Of a stretch of 44,096 nt of DNA, positions 28,794 through 38,688 are shown in pieces. Positions within the stretch are counted from its first letter, which is position 1. The number at the start of each line of letters is the position of its first letter. This DNA comes from Thermodesulfobacteriota bacterium (GTDB lineage: Bacteria > Desulfobacterota > Desulfobulbia > Desulfobulbales > SURF-16). The notes below the pieces were generated by a model. The model searched no databases, was not told where the DNA came from, and saw only the letters and a program-made list of their open reading frames with translations. Where the stretch lies: the NCBI GenBank assembly GCA_039715015.1, contig JBDLIE010000020.1, positions 1-44,096 on the forward strand, read 5' to 3'. The position numbers and the translations under genes were made by a program.

Positions 28794-31109
28794 ATGCATG
28801 AGTTTGGCCTCGTCAACGACTTTGCCCTTGTCCTTCTCTGCGCCGCCCTGGTCAGCCTGCTTTTTAGCAGGTTGAAGTGGCCGGTTTTTCTGGGCTATAT
28901 TTTCAGCGGCCTGCTGGTGGGCCCCAATCTTTTTGCAGCCTCACCCATTAGCAATATCCATAATATTGAACAGTTGGCCCAACTTGGGATCATCTTTTTG
29001 ATGTTTTACATTGGTATGGAGTTTGACCTGAAAAGAATGCGTCAGGTCTTCCTGCCGGCCCTCACCGCAGTTATCCTGCAGACCTCACTCTTTGTCTTTA
29101 TAGGTCTGCAGATGGCCCCGGTCTTTGAACAGGGGTCTCTCTTTGGTCTTTTTCTCGGCTGTCTGCTTGCTATCAGCTCGTCCATGGTGACCATTTCCAT
29201 CCTCCGTGACATTAACGGTCTGGATACCTCCCATGGTCAGATGGCCGTGGGTATTCTTATTTTTGAAGATATCCTGGCTATCACCATGCTGGTTGTACTT
29301 TCCGGTGTTGCTGTTTCTCCGAATGTCAGCTTAACGGTGATTGCCGAGGTGGCATTTCTTATCCTGGTCTTTGTGGTGGGAATCTATTACCTCGGAAAGC
29401 TCTTGTCGCCCAAGATTATCAATTTCCTGGCCCGGCAGGGCAGTGAGGAACTCATTACCCTATGTGTCGTGGCCTTTGTGATGGCAATCAGCCTGCTGGC
29501 TGTGAGGTTTCATTTTTCTGAGGCACTGGGGGCCTTTTTGGCTGGCTCGATTCTGGCCCACTCGAAACTTATTAAAAAGATTGAGCGTGCTGTGGAGCCT
29601 TTGCGTAACGTCTTTACAGCGATTTTTTTTGTTTCTATCGGCATTCTCATCCAGCCCCGTCTTATTTTAGCGATCTGGCCCACCATCATGGCCCTGGCTG
29701 TGATGGTGGTGGTTGTCAAGATTGCCAGCGTTTGGCTCGGCCTGGTCTTGGCAGGCCAGAAGACCGACATGAGTTTCAGGGCTGCGGTGGTGAAGTCGCA
29801 GATCGGCGAGTTCAGTTTTATTATCGTTGCCCTGGCCATTGAACTCGAGGTGGCGGATCCCAGTTTTATGAGCATTGCCGTTGGGGTTTCTGTTTTAAGC
29901 TCTATGATAAGTCAGCTGCTCTCCTCAAATGTAGAGACCCTGGTCAGCAGTACAGCAAAACGGCTGCCACCTATGCTGGTTACTTTTCATCGTTATTATG
30001 AAACGCTTTTTGAGGGGATGCGTCTGCGTCTGAAGCGTAATGAGGTCTTGATGCTTAGCCATCGCCCTCTGCTTGCCATTATCTTTTATATCCTTTTGAT
30101 CACGGGTCTGATGATAGCAGTATCTTTCCTGGTTGATTTAGCCGAAAAAGCAGAGCCGTTGGCTGCATATCAAGGCTGGCTCTCTGTGCTGGCCTGGTTT
30201 CTGGCTGCTGTTGTTCTTTTGCCTTTTGGCTCAGCAATAGTCCGTAATATTGATGAGTTAGTGGTAGTGATGACTAAGGCGGCTTTTACAAATATTGCCA
30301 TTTTTAAACAGATTGAAAGCCGTTTTTTACGGCTCCTCCACGCCGTGGTGTCAGTGGCTGTTATTACCTTGGTTGCTGCCTTTTACTTTTCCGTGGCCGC
30401 ACCCTATATGCCATCGGCTACACCTTTGGCCGCTTTCGTGATCGTGAGTACAGGGGCTCTTCTTTTTTTCTGGCAGCGAATTAAGCGCTTAGATAGCCAT
30501 ATTGAAACACTTTTTGTTGAAAGTTTTGAGGAGCAACTGGACATGGAAGAGGCTGAAAGGCACCGCCAGATGAGCCAGATTTCCCGTAAATATCCTTGGC
30601 CTGTCCACACCAGAGAGATGAAGATAGGCGTCGATTTCTCCGCCTGTGGCCGGAAAATTGGTGACCTCCATATTCGGGGCAAGACAGGGGCAACCATTAT
30701 CGCAGTTTCGAGGCACGGGTACGTTCAGTATAATCCGGGACCCGACACCATGATCTTTCCCTCTGACCATCTCTTTCTTTTTGGCGAGGAGGAACAGGTG
30801 CAATCAGCCCTTAGCCTTCTTTCAGAGGAAAGAGATGAAACAAGTGATGAGGGCAGGGCGGGCGAGATCATAATTGAAACGATCTATGTCAGTCATGATT
30901 CTGAACTGAATAAGAAAAATCTGGCTGGCGCTCAACTTCGCCAGCGTTATGGTATCACGGTGCTCGGCATCCAGCGCGGTGAGGAGCAGATCACCTCACC
31001 GCCTCCCTATTTTATTATCGAGCCGGGGGATATTCTGCATGTCATCGGCAAGAGCGCCGCTGTCAAAGAGCTTGAAGGAACAGGGGGAACAGGCGACAAA
31101 GACCACTAG
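28794..31109 (+). CDS. Cation:proton antiporter, CPA2 (KefB/YbaL-like), with two TrkA-C domains
   Basis: LGYIFSGLLVGP, LMFYIGMEF, GILIFEDI, ALGAFLAG, QIGEFSFII. Two RCK-C repeats (IRGKTGATIIAVSR; LRQRYGITVLGIQRG). Confidence 0.9.
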   Translation: MHEFGLVNDFALVLLCAALVSLLFSRLKWPVFLGYIFSGLLVGPNLFAASPISNIHNIEQLAQLGIIFLMFYIGMEFDLKRMRQVFLPALTAVILQTSLFVFIGLQMAPVFEQGSLFGLFLGCLLAISSSMVTISILRDINGLDTSHGQMAVGILIFEDILAITMLVVLSGVAVSPNVSLTVIAEVAFLILVFVVGIYYLGKLLSPKIINFLARQGSEELITLCVVAFVMAISLLAVRFHFSEALGAFLAGSILAHSKLIKKIERAVEPLRNVFTAIFFVSIGILIQPRLILAIWPTIMALAVMVVVVKIASVWLGLVLAGQKTDMSFRAAVVKSQIGEFSFIIVALAIELEVADPSFMSIAVGVSVLSSMISQLLSSNVETLVSSTAKRLPPMLVTFHRYYETLFEGMRLRLKRNEVLMLSHRPLLAIIFYILLITGLMIAVSFLVDLAEKAEPLAAYQGWLSVLAWFLAAVVLLPFGSAIVRNIDELVVVMTKAAFTNIAIFKQIESRFLRLLHAVVSVAVITLVAAFYFSVAAPYMPSATPLAAFVIVSTGALLFFWQRIKRLDSHIETLFVESFEEQLDMEEAERHRQMSQISRKYPWPVHTREMKIGVDFSACGRKIGDLHIRGKTGATIIAVSRHGYVQYNPGPDTMIFPSDHLFLFGEEEQVQSALSLLSEERDETSDEGRAGEIIIETIYVSHDSELNKKNLAGAQLRQRYGITVLGIQRGEEQITSPPPYFIIEPGDILHVIGKSAAVKELEGTGGTGDKDH

Positions 31110-31209
31110 TCTAGACCAATAAGGCAGCTCCTTTTCCCTGAAATCCCTTGACAGGCCCTCGTAAATTCTGCAGAGTTGGCGATTCTTTTTCAACTTTACA
31201 GGAAAATGC

Positions 31210-32250
31210 ATGCCCTTTTCATTACCAGCTTTGCAACCAAAGAAGATTCTGGTGCGTTCCACAAATTGGATCGGCGACGCCATTATGACCACGCCGGCGG
31301 TGCGAACCATCAGGGAAAATTTCCCCGAGGCCCAGATCACTATGCTGGCCTTCCCTTGGGTGGCTGATGTTTTTCGGGCAAGCCCCCATGTGGACGAGAT
31401 CTTTGTTTACGATAAGGAGGGTGCTCATAAGGGCTTTAAAGGCTTGCTGCGCCTGGCGGCAGAGTTAAAGCAGCAGGATTTTGACTGCGCCATTCTTCTC
31501 CAAAATGCTTTTAAGGCAGCCTTTTTGGCCTGGCTTGCCCGTATTCCGGTGCGGGCCGGATATAGACGGGACGGCAGGTCGATTTTGCTTAGCCCTGGTA
31601 TCAATATCAGGCCTGAGGTGCGTCGGATGCATCAGGTCCACTATTACCAATATCTTCTTCAGGACCTGGGCCTGCAATGCGGATCAGACGAGCTTTTTTT
31701 GGAACATAGCCAAGAAGATTCAAGCTGGGCCAGGACGTTTAAGGAGAATACCGGGGCCAAGGTCCTGGTGGGCATTAATCCCGGCGCTGCCTTTGGCCCG
31801 GCCAAGTGCTGGCCTGCTGAACGCTATGGCGAGCTTTGCAGGCAACTGCACAAGGAGTTTGGTGCCCATGCCGTGGTCTTCGGCACCAAGGCGGATGAAG
31901 AAACCATCAAAACCATTGTCAGCCATGGTCCCGAGTTTATCAGCGGTTTGGCCGGTAAGACCAGCCTTGGCCAGGCAATGGCCTTAATCGCCCAATGCGA
32001 TGCCTTTGTTACCAACGATTCCGGCCTTATGCATGTGGGCGCAGCCGTGCAAACGCCTCTGGTGGCCATTTTTGGCTCCACCGATGATGTTGCCACCGGA
32101 CCTTATTCTAGGAAGGCGGTGGTGGTGAAAAAGGAGTTGGACTGCCAGCCCTGTCTAAAGCGTGAATGCAAGACTGATTTTAGCTGCATGATGAATATTG
32201 AGGTGGAAGATGTGGCTGCTCCGTTGCGGGTGATGTTGGTTGCTTGCTAA
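31210..32250 (+). CDS. waaF: Lipopolysaccharide heptosyltransferase II (GT9)
   Basis: RSTNWIGDAIMTTP, INPGAAFGPAKCWP, TNDSGLMHVGAA, FGST. Confidence 0.92.
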   Translation: MPFSLPALQPKKILVRSTNWIGDAIMTTPAVRTIRENFPEAQITMLAFPWVADVFRASPHVDEIFVYDKEGAHKGFKGLLRLAAELKQQDFDCAILLQNAFKAAFLAWLARIPVRAGYRRDGRSILLSPGINIRPEVRRMHQVHYYQYLLQDLGLQCGSDELFLEHSQEDSSWARTFKENTGAKVLVGINPGAAFGPAKCWPAERYGELCRQLHKEFGAHAVVFGTKADEETIKTIVSHGPEFISGLAGKTSLGQAMALIAQCDAFVTNDSGLMHVGAAVQTPLVAIFGSTDDVATGPYSRKAVVVKKELDCQPCLKRECKTDFSCMMNIEVEDVAAPLRVMLVAC

Positions 32251-32264
32251 AAAAAGAGCAGCAG

Positions 32265-32293
32265 TTGATTCTTCTTGTTATTTCTACTATCTT
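32265..32293 (+). promoter_or_regulatory. Putative sigma70 promoter
   Basis: TTGATT (32265-32270), 17 nt, TATCTT (32288-32293). Confidence 0.45.
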
Positions 32294-32491
32294 TACACAG
32301 TAAGGCTTATGTCAGGGGGCGCCTGAAGCCTATAGTTTTAAATGTTAACGCCACACGTCATAAGCGGCCTTTGGCCGCCTGACGGTGCCCACACCATTTG
32401 GAAATCATAGATGCATTCTTCGCCCTGGTTTATCTCTCTTTATTCCTCTTTATCGGCCTTAATCTTTCCTAAAGAGGAGGTTCATGCAAAG

Positions 32492-33652
32492 ATGTTCGTG
32501 ACGAGGATTCTCCCTCTTGTGCTCGCTATCCAGTTTGTAATGGGATGGTCTATCTTTTCTTCCGTAGATGCTGCACAAGGTGTCCCGCCTCAGCCCTTTG
32601 ATCTAGAGCTACGTCTTGACTCCATGTCCGGTCCTCTGTTGACCACTGCTATTACTGAGGGAAGATTGCTCACCGCCCAGGGATGGCTCCCTCTCCTTGG
32701 CGGTTCAGGGAAAGCCGTTCTTGGCAACCTGATCTGGCAGCTCTATGACGAGTCAGGCAGGCCCGTTTCCGGTCAGAATAAGATCCGCCAGATTTTAGAG
32801 GTGGGAGGCCAGGAATTCGTCTCCTTTGAGGTTCAAACCAAAGCACTTGCCAATGGTGTTTATTATCTGGGCCTCACCCACCAGAATGCCGCCAAGCCCT
32901 CCCTTTCTTTTCAAGCATCCAAGGCCTTTGAAGTCAAACAGCCTGTGGCGATCAGCGATTTTCTTATTGACGAATCACCCCAAGGCAAGGTGCATCGCTC
33001 CCTCTTGTACGAGGATCAGTCTCCCCATATCTTTGTATATTATCACCTGGCCTACGATGTCTCCTCGGTGCTCATCCAGCTTGATGTTTATGATAGTCGC
33101 GGTAAACGGATTGCCACCCGTTCAGCATTTAAGGATCGTGATGCTTCCCGGAAGGTGAGCCGTTTTGGTATCCGTCTTAACCCCGGTTTGATCCAGGCCG
33201 GAGAAAAGGCCAAGGTTACTGCCCTGCTTACCGCCCCTGACGGCTCAACCGCCCAGGATGAGGTCTTTGTCGAGGTTGTAGGTGTCCAGCTTCAGGTGGA
33301 TATGCCGGCAGTGGTTCGAACCGGCGAGGTTACGACCTTCCAGGTCATGGTACCGGATACCTTTTCTCCGCCTTACACCATGAGCTTTTCCCAAAAGCCT
33401 GGTTTTTCTTTTCAGTATCAAGCCGGAACGCCAGGAAATCTTGAGGGAGCAGTCAGGGTGGCCCCTTCCGTTAGTACAGGCAGGGAGCAGGTGGTCATGG
33501 AGGTTGCAGACCAGTTGGGACGCACTGCCTCCGCCACAGTGAATTTTCGTGTTGAACGTGGCAGAACACGTTCTGTTCCAATGCCAACACCGTCCAGGCA
33601 ACATTCTCCGCAAACCGGAGGCGGCGGGATTGGTAGTTCTTCGTCTCCCTGA
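32492..33652 (+). CDS. Secreted hypothetical protein with about 3 beta-rich (Ig-like) domains
   Basis: GAGGAGG upstream, signal peptide ending VDA-A, beta-strand-rich repeats, Pro/Ser/Gly tail. Longest ORF starts at 32411. Confidence 0.7.
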   Translation: MFVTRILPLVLAIQFVMGWSIFSSVDAAQGVPPQPFDLELRLDSMSGPLLTTAITEGRLLTAQGWLPLLGGSGKAVLGNLIWQLYDESGRPVSGQNKIRQILEVGGQEFVSFEVQTKALANGVYYLGLTHQNAAKPSLSFQASKAFEVKQPVAISDFLIDESPQGKVHRSLLYEDQSPHIFVYYHLAYDVSSVLIQLDVYDSRGKRIATRSAFKDRDASRKVSRFGIRLNPGLIQAGEKAKVTALLTAPDGSTAQDEVFVEVVGVQLQVDMPAVVRTGEVTTFQVMVPDTFSPPYTMSFSQKPGFSFQYQAGTPGNLEGAVRVAPSVSTGREQVVMEVADQLGRTASATVNFRVERGRTRSVPMPTPSRQHSPQTGGGGIGSSSSP

Positions 33653-33696
33653 TGATCAAGCTGTTGTGACCGTTTCTTTTTTGAGATTGGCTTATT

Positions 33697-36027
33697 ATGA
33701 ATTCGCGTAAGAGAAAATCATTGTTGAAATATTTTTATGTGCCGCTGGCCTTAGTGGTATCCCTGCTCATGGTTCCTGCCCAGGGCCAGAGCGCCACCTT
33801 CCGGGCCAAATTACAGGCAGCCTACGATACCTATAAGGTAAGCCCGCTGCACTATAAGGTGTTTGCCCTGAAACAAGAGGATAGGCGTTTTGACGCCTGG
33901 TATACATGGGGCTATGACGATCTTGACTTTGCCATTGCCGATGCCCTTGCTAAATGCAGTCAGGGTGAAAACGTACCTGGCAGTTGCCATCTATACGCCC
34001 TTGGCAATGAGGTTGTCATCTCCCTTGATCAGGAGAGACTGAATAAAAAGATTGAGGCTTACCGCCTAAAGGGTATGAGGGCACGGCTCTATCCTCAACC
34101 TGGGAAAGGTGAGAGCACTGGCCAGGGGTTCAGCGCTGACGGACGTTTTTTTGTGGCCTCCCTGGAGGGGAAAAAGCAGAGCAGGATTTTTCTCTACGAA
34201 AATGATAGCCAGGTCTGGCGTTATTCAGCAGTGATAAAAAACAAGACGCCGCTGAAGTTGGGGCGTAATTTTGCCGTTGCAGCCGATGGCAGTATGCATG
34301 CCTCTGCCCTTTTTGTTCAGGATTCCATTGCCGATATTGGTCGTTCGGTCATCCATATTGAGCATTTTTCCCCTGGAAAAGTCACTGAGATTGAGCTCCA
34401 AAACGAGGCCTTTTTGAATGATGCCTGTGGCCTTGCCTTTTCTCCGGATGGCAAAGAGGTTGCCGTCTGTCTTGATGCCGAGCTTGTAAGCCGTATTGAA
34501 AGATATGATGTCGCCACTGGCAAGAAGCTGTCCAGTTTCGATTCCAACAAGGTCAAGGGCCGTTTTGATAATACCTTGGCGTATGACCCCTCAGGAGAAA
34601 GCCTCCTGGTGCGGGGTGGCCGCTACCAGTTTGACTGGGTCTTGAAAAAGAAGGGCAAAGAGGCGGACCTTGTTTGGCTGTTAGATAAAAAGAGCGGTGA
34701 AAGGTTGCGCAGTCTGGAGTTCCCCCTGAGCCCCGGTCTGACTGGCCCAGAGGATGTCCGTTTCTCTAAGGATGGCAAAAAAATTGTTGTCAGCGAACAG
34801 AGCGGTGTCCGGCTGTTGCCGGTGAATCCGGGAAAGAAGGCGCAAGAATTTTCTCTTGCCTTGTCACCCCATTGTCAGGCGCAGGTGAGCCCCCATGGCA
34901 TTATCGGCCTGGTGGATCAGGGGAAATTCAGGCGTTATATCGTGGAACCAACTGGGCTACAGCTGCTTGATGAACATTCTGTTGATTCCCAGGGTGCTTT
35001 CCTGACCTTTGATGCGGTTCGCGATGTCTGGCGGGTGGTGGATGCTGACAAGATACGAACGGTGCCGGCCTTAACGAGGATGGACCTGGAGAATATCGCT
35101 CTTTTTGGCAAGGCGCGAAAGCTCTTTGCCGCCAACGAATATGATAAAGGCCTTACGCAGCTTAAAGAAATTCTCAGCCGCCAATCTTACCTGCCCTTGG
35201 ACTTTAATGGTGCTGAATTCTATTTCAAATATCCCGAGATACCCCTGGCCCTGTGGGGAGATTATTTCTCCTTTCACATGAGGATGATCCTCGATAAGAG
35301 CCCCATGGTTTCGAGGCTTGGCCTTGATTTTAATAGGGATCCTAAAAGTGGTTTTCTCTTTACGTCTCTTGCCAGGGTGAGAGGCAACTCACCGGCTGCC
35401 CAGGCCGGCCTTGTGGCCGGAGATAAGGTGACGGCAATAAACGGCAAGCCTATCTCCATGGCCAGCCAGATTCAGGATGTCGTCGATCCTCTGCCTGTGG
35501 CAAGCAGGGTGACTGTTTCTTATGTCCGTGCTGGTACGCCGGGAGCCGTAGAGCTCATTGCGGAAAGGGGCTTCCGGGATCCAGGCAGGGCCGCCCAGAT
35601 TTTACTGGCCCTCTTTGATTATGGGCAGCTGGCATCAGAGGCAGGCCATCCTGGCCTTACCCGTCAAGCAGCAGTGCAGTTAAGGTATATCGCCGCTCGC
35701 TATCCTTCCTCTTTTAGGCCGGATCTTGTCGAGAAGATAGCTGTTTCTCTGGAGGCCTTGGCCATGGCCCATGAGGGCAATAGCAAGACAGCCTTTGAAC
35801 TTCTTTTTAACAAAGGACGTTCACACCCCTTTCCCTTCAGGTTTTTCAATACCCGCGTCTGGTGGCCCCTTTATACAGATAGGGAGCGGCTGGCAGAATA
35901 CCTGGGGGTGAAGGTCGGAAAATTGCCCCGGGCTGATTCCTCAGCAGGCCAAGAAAAACGCCAGGATTACCCCAATATTGATGGCGTCATGATTCCGGCC
36001 CTGAAGATTCCTGCTCTGGCCAAATAG
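33697..36027 (+). CDS. Secreted protein with beta-propeller, helical repeat and PDZ domains
   Basis: Signal peptide; WD40-like turns FSADGR, FSPDGKEVAV, YDPSGE, FSKDGKKIVV; PDZ GLDF...NSPAAQAGLVAGDKVTAINGKPI. Confidence 0.8.
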   Translation: MNSRKRKSLLKYFYVPLALVVSLLMVPAQGQSATFRAKLQAAYDTYKVSPLHYKVFALKQEDRRFDAWYTWGYDDLDFAIADALAKCSQGENVPGSCHLYALGNEVVISLDQERLNKKIEAYRLKGMRARLYPQPGKGESTGQGFSADGRFFVASLEGKKQSRIFLYENDSQVWRYSAVIKNKTPLKLGRNFAVAADGSMHASALFVQDSIADIGRSVIHIEHFSPGKVTEIELQNEAFLNDACGLAFSPDGKEVAVCLDAELVSRIERYDVATGKKLSSFDSNKVKGRFDNTLAYDPSGESLLVRGGRYQFDWVLKKKGKEADLVWLLDKKSGERLRSLEFPLSPGLTGPEDVRFSKDGKKIVVSEQSGVRLLPVNPGKKAQEFSLALSPHCQAQVSPHGIIGLVDQGKFRRYIVEPTGLQLLDEHSVDSQGAFLTFDAVRDVWRVVDADKIRTVPALTRMDLENIALFGKARKLFAANEYDKGLTQLKEILSRQSYLPLDFNGAEFYFKYPEIPLALWGDYFSFHMRMILDKSPMVSRLGLDFNRDPKSGFLFTSLARVRGNSPAAQAGLVAGDKVTAINGKPISMASQIQDVVDPLPVASRVTVSYVRAGTPGAVELIAERGFRDPGRAAQILLALFDYGQLASEAGHPGLTRQAAVQLRYIAARYPSSFRPDLVEKIAVSLEALAMAHEGNSKTAFELLFNKGRSHPFPFRFFNTRVWWPLYTDRERLAEYLGVKVGKLPRADSSAGQEKRQDYPNIDGVMIPALKIPALAK

Positions 36028-36204
36028 CGTGGCGCCGCGGCGGAGCGTATTGCTTCCTCTTTGATTTTTTCTTGTTTTTCTCCCTTAAAAGAAATGGAAT
36101 AAAAGATCTTATTTCTTTTTCTATAGTGTAGGTCTCGGCATAGAATGCCGCAGCTGATTGATCCGCTCGGACAGCACCTATCCTGCCAGGGGTACATTAA
36201 AAAA

Positions 36205-36801
36205 ATGGAGGCTGTTTTGTTTGGAATTGCGAAAAATAACAGCAACTCTTTTAAAGAGTTAGCCTATCCCCATATGAGGTTTCTTTTTAATGTTGCCTTG
36301 AAATACATGCACAACCAGTATGATGCTGAAGACCTGGTTCAGGAAACCATGTATGCCGCTTTTCGTAATTTCCATCAACTGCGGGACCACTCTAAGTGCC
36401 GGAGCTGGCTCTTCGCCATCCTCCGTAGCAACTTTTTGAAAGAAAAACGGCAAGCTGTGCGCAGACCGTATCTTGGAACAGATGAATCCTACCTTAATTT
36501 TTTGGAAGGGGTTTCAGTCAGTAATTTGGCCGGTGATTTTGAGAAAAAGTTAGAGTCAGAACATATCAAGGAGGTCATTGAGCGTCTGCCGGAAAAATAT
36601 AAAACGCCCCTTATTCTCTTTTTTCTAGAGGATATGTCCTATCAGGAGATTGCTGAACTTCTCGATATTCCTATCGGAACTGTAATGTCGAGGCTGAGCA
36701 GGGCCAAACAGTCCATGAAGAAAGAGCTTCTCAGGGAAGCAACTCTTAATGAAAGTAAAATTGTCGAGATGAGCCGCAAAGCAGCAAGGAGGCAATCATG
36801 A
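36205..36801 (+). CDS. ECF-family RNA polymerase sigma factor
   Basis: DAEDLVQET, RSWLFAILRSNF, MSYQEIAELLDIPIGTVMSRLSRAK. Start is ATG 36205 or TTG 36217. Confidence 0.93.
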   Translation: MEAVLFGIAKNNSNSFKELAYPHMRFLFNVALKYMHNQYDAEDLVQETMYAAFRNFHQLRDHSKCRSWLFAILRSNFLKEKRQAVRRPYLGTDESYLNFLEGVSVSNLAGDFEKKLESEHIKEVIERLPEKYKTPLILFFLEDMSYQEIAELLDIPIGTVMSRLSRAKQSMKKELLREATLNESKIVEMSRKAARRQS

Positions 36802-37496
36802 CCTGCATAGAGTTTAAAGAATGGTTGATAGACAGGGACTTTGCCGAGGCTGGCAATACCTCGGCAGCCCGTTCTCATATGCAAAATTGTCCTGAGTGCC
36901 GTAAGCTTTACGAGCTTGATGAAGAGCTCGAAGGTCTTATCCGCCAGGAGATGGTCCATGTTGAGGAACCGCGCAGCCTGTTGAAGAAGGTTGAAGCAGG
37001 GATAAACCGCAGTGCCCCGCAAAAGGTTGTCACTTTCCCCTGGAAGCTTGTGCCGGCTTTGGCTGTTGCTGCTCTGCTTGTTCTTTTTTTAGTTCCGTTC
37101 CAGAGCCGCCATGGTGGCGACGGCTTTTATTCTTTTGAAGAGCTTGGCGCAGTGGCTCTGCAAGATCATATAAGTACGGAGGCCATGGCCTTTGCTGCCA
37201 GCGAAGTGGCTGATGTCTCGGCCTGGTATGAAGCCAGGATGGGACACGCTATTTCTTTGCCCGATATGGCGAGCCGGGGGTTTAGTTTGGTGGGGGGCAG
37301 AATCTGCAAGCTCGGGAACTGTGATGCCGCCTACATCACCTATAGGCGAAATAATAAAAAAGCCTCTCTTTTTATCCTTCCTGCGGATGATTTCAAAATG
37401 GCCATGGAGCCTGGCCGTTCCTATACTCTCACCATGAATGGCAATGAGTTTGAGTTCTGGCAAGCGCAAGGGCAGCTGCATACTCTGATTATCTAG
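36798..37496 (+). CDS. Zinc-finger (ZAS) membrane anti-sigma factor
   Basis: MTC...HMQNCPEC (HxxxCxxC), one TM segment, periplasmic domain with GFSLVGGRIC. ATGA overlap with the sigma gene. Confidence 0.9.
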   Translation: MTCIEFKEWLIDRDFAEAGNTSAARSHMQNCPECRKLYELDEELEGLIRQEMVHVEEPRSLLKKVEAGINRSAPQKVVTFPWKLVPALAVAALLVLFLVPFQSRHGGDGFYSFEELGAVALQDHISTEAMAFAASEVADVSAWYEARMGHAISLPDMASRGFSLVGGRICKLGNCDAAYITYRRNNKKASLFILPADDFKMAMEPGRSYTLTMNGNEFEFWQAQGQLHTLII

Positions 37497-37567
37497 CTTT
37501 CCTGAGAAGTGTTCACCTTCTCAACCGGGTAATCATAGTTATTTTCATGTTGTGCTACGTCGCGTTT

Positions 37568-38608
37568 TTAGCCACCGTTATCATAAAAACAGGTCTTTCC
37601 TTGATAGTTGGTAAAGCAGAGTTGTTTGTCCAAGGTTTGGATGTAGTTGGGTGTTAAGGGAATTTTGCCAGCTCCATCTGGTCCGTCAACGGCGTAAGTG
37701 GGGACAGCCATGCCGGAGGTGTGGCCGATGAGTTGTCTCATGATCATCTGCCCAGTTTCAACGCTGGTCCGGAAATGATTGGTGCCGCGGCTTAGATCGC
37801 CCTGGAAGAGGTAGTAGGGCTTGACCCGGATGGTGAGAAGTTTGCGCATCAGGGTGGCAATTGTCTCGGCATTATCGTTAACTCCTTTGAGGAGCACGGT
37901 CTGGCAGCCTAAAGGAATACCGGCATCAGCCAAACGCCCACAGGCTTGGGCTGCCTCAGGAGTAATTTCCCAGGGATGGTTGAAGTGGGTGTTGATATAA
38001 AGGGGATGGTGTTTTTTCAGGATACGGCAGAGTTTCACGGTCACCCGCATGGGCAAGGTGCAGGGCACCCTGCTGCCGATGCGGATGATCTCCACTGCTG
38101 GAATGGCCCGTAGAGAGGCAAGAAGCCAGTCCAGCCTGTCATCGCCTAACAAAAGGGGATCGCCTCCTGAGATCAGCACATCTTTGATCTGCGAATGCTT
38201 ACGGATATAGGCCAGCCCTTGTTCGATTGTTTCGTCGCTGATTACCATGTCGGCGGTGCCGACCTTTCTCTTGCGGGTACAGAACCGGCAGTACATGGCG
38301 CATTGGCTGGTGACCAGGAAAAGAACACGGTCCGGGTATTTATGGACCAGATTGGCCACCGGGCTCAAGTTCTCCTCGGCCAGGGGATCGGCCACACAGA
38401 CCTGGTCATCAACCTCCTGGGGCTGGGGCACCGCCTGGAGCCAGAGCGGGTCTCCCTTTTCCTTGATCAGGCTAAGGTAGTAGGGGTTAATCCGCATGGG
38501 ATAGTGAGCAATAACCGCGGCTGATTCCGGCATGCCGGGCTGCAGGTGGGCGGGGAGATCTGCCGGAGAACTGGTGGCCTGCTTAAGTATGCTTTGCCAA
38601 TGGGCCAT
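37568..38608 (-). CDS. KamA-family radical SAM protein (lysine 2,3-aminomutase-like)
   Basis: HKYPDRVL, CAMYCRFCTRKR, ISGGDPL, THFNHP, QTVLLKGVND, GAGKIP (PLP-binding Lys). Confidence 0.92.
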   Translation of the reverse strand: MAHWQSILKQATSSPADLPAHLQPGMPESAAVIAHYPMRINPYYLSLIKEKGDPLWLQAVPQPQEVDDQVCVADPLAEENLSPVANLVHKYPDRVLFLVTSQCAMYCRFCTRKRKVGTADMVISDETIEQGLAYIRKHSQIKDVLISGGDPLLLGDDRLDWLLASLRAIPAVEIIRIGSRVPCTLPMRVTVKLCRILKKHHPLYINTHFNHPWEITPEAAQACGRLADAGIPLGCQTVLLKGVNDNAETIATLMRKLLTIRVKPYYLFQGDLSRGTNHFRTSVETGQMIMRQLIGHTSGMAVPTYAVDGPDGAGKIPLTPNYIQTLDKQLCFTNYQGKTCFYDNGG

Positions 38609-38660
38609 GGGATGACTAAACCGAGACGTTGGTTGCAAGGGAGGATAAGAAGGTCTTTTT

Positions 38661-38688
38661 ACCACGAAGCACACGAAGCGCACGAAGA
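38661..38688. repeat. Short tandem repeat (CACGAAG x3, 9-nt period)
   Basis: ACCACGAAGCACACGAAGCGCACGAAGA upstream of the KamA gene. Confidence 0.5.

Noticed and set aside
32311..32396. SAH or ZTP riboswitch, tRNA or tmRNA identity for the structured leader
   Set aside because: Core conserved nucleotides and T-loop are missing and downstream genes do not fit; kept only as an unassigned candidate.
36096..36124. ECF-type autoregulatory promoter GGAATAA...TCTAT
   Set aside because: Weak match in AT-rich DNA; cannot be distinguished from chance.
37568..38608. Assigning kamA, ablA or epmB
   Set aside because: Family is clear but substrate cannot be determined; diagnostic neighbours are absent.
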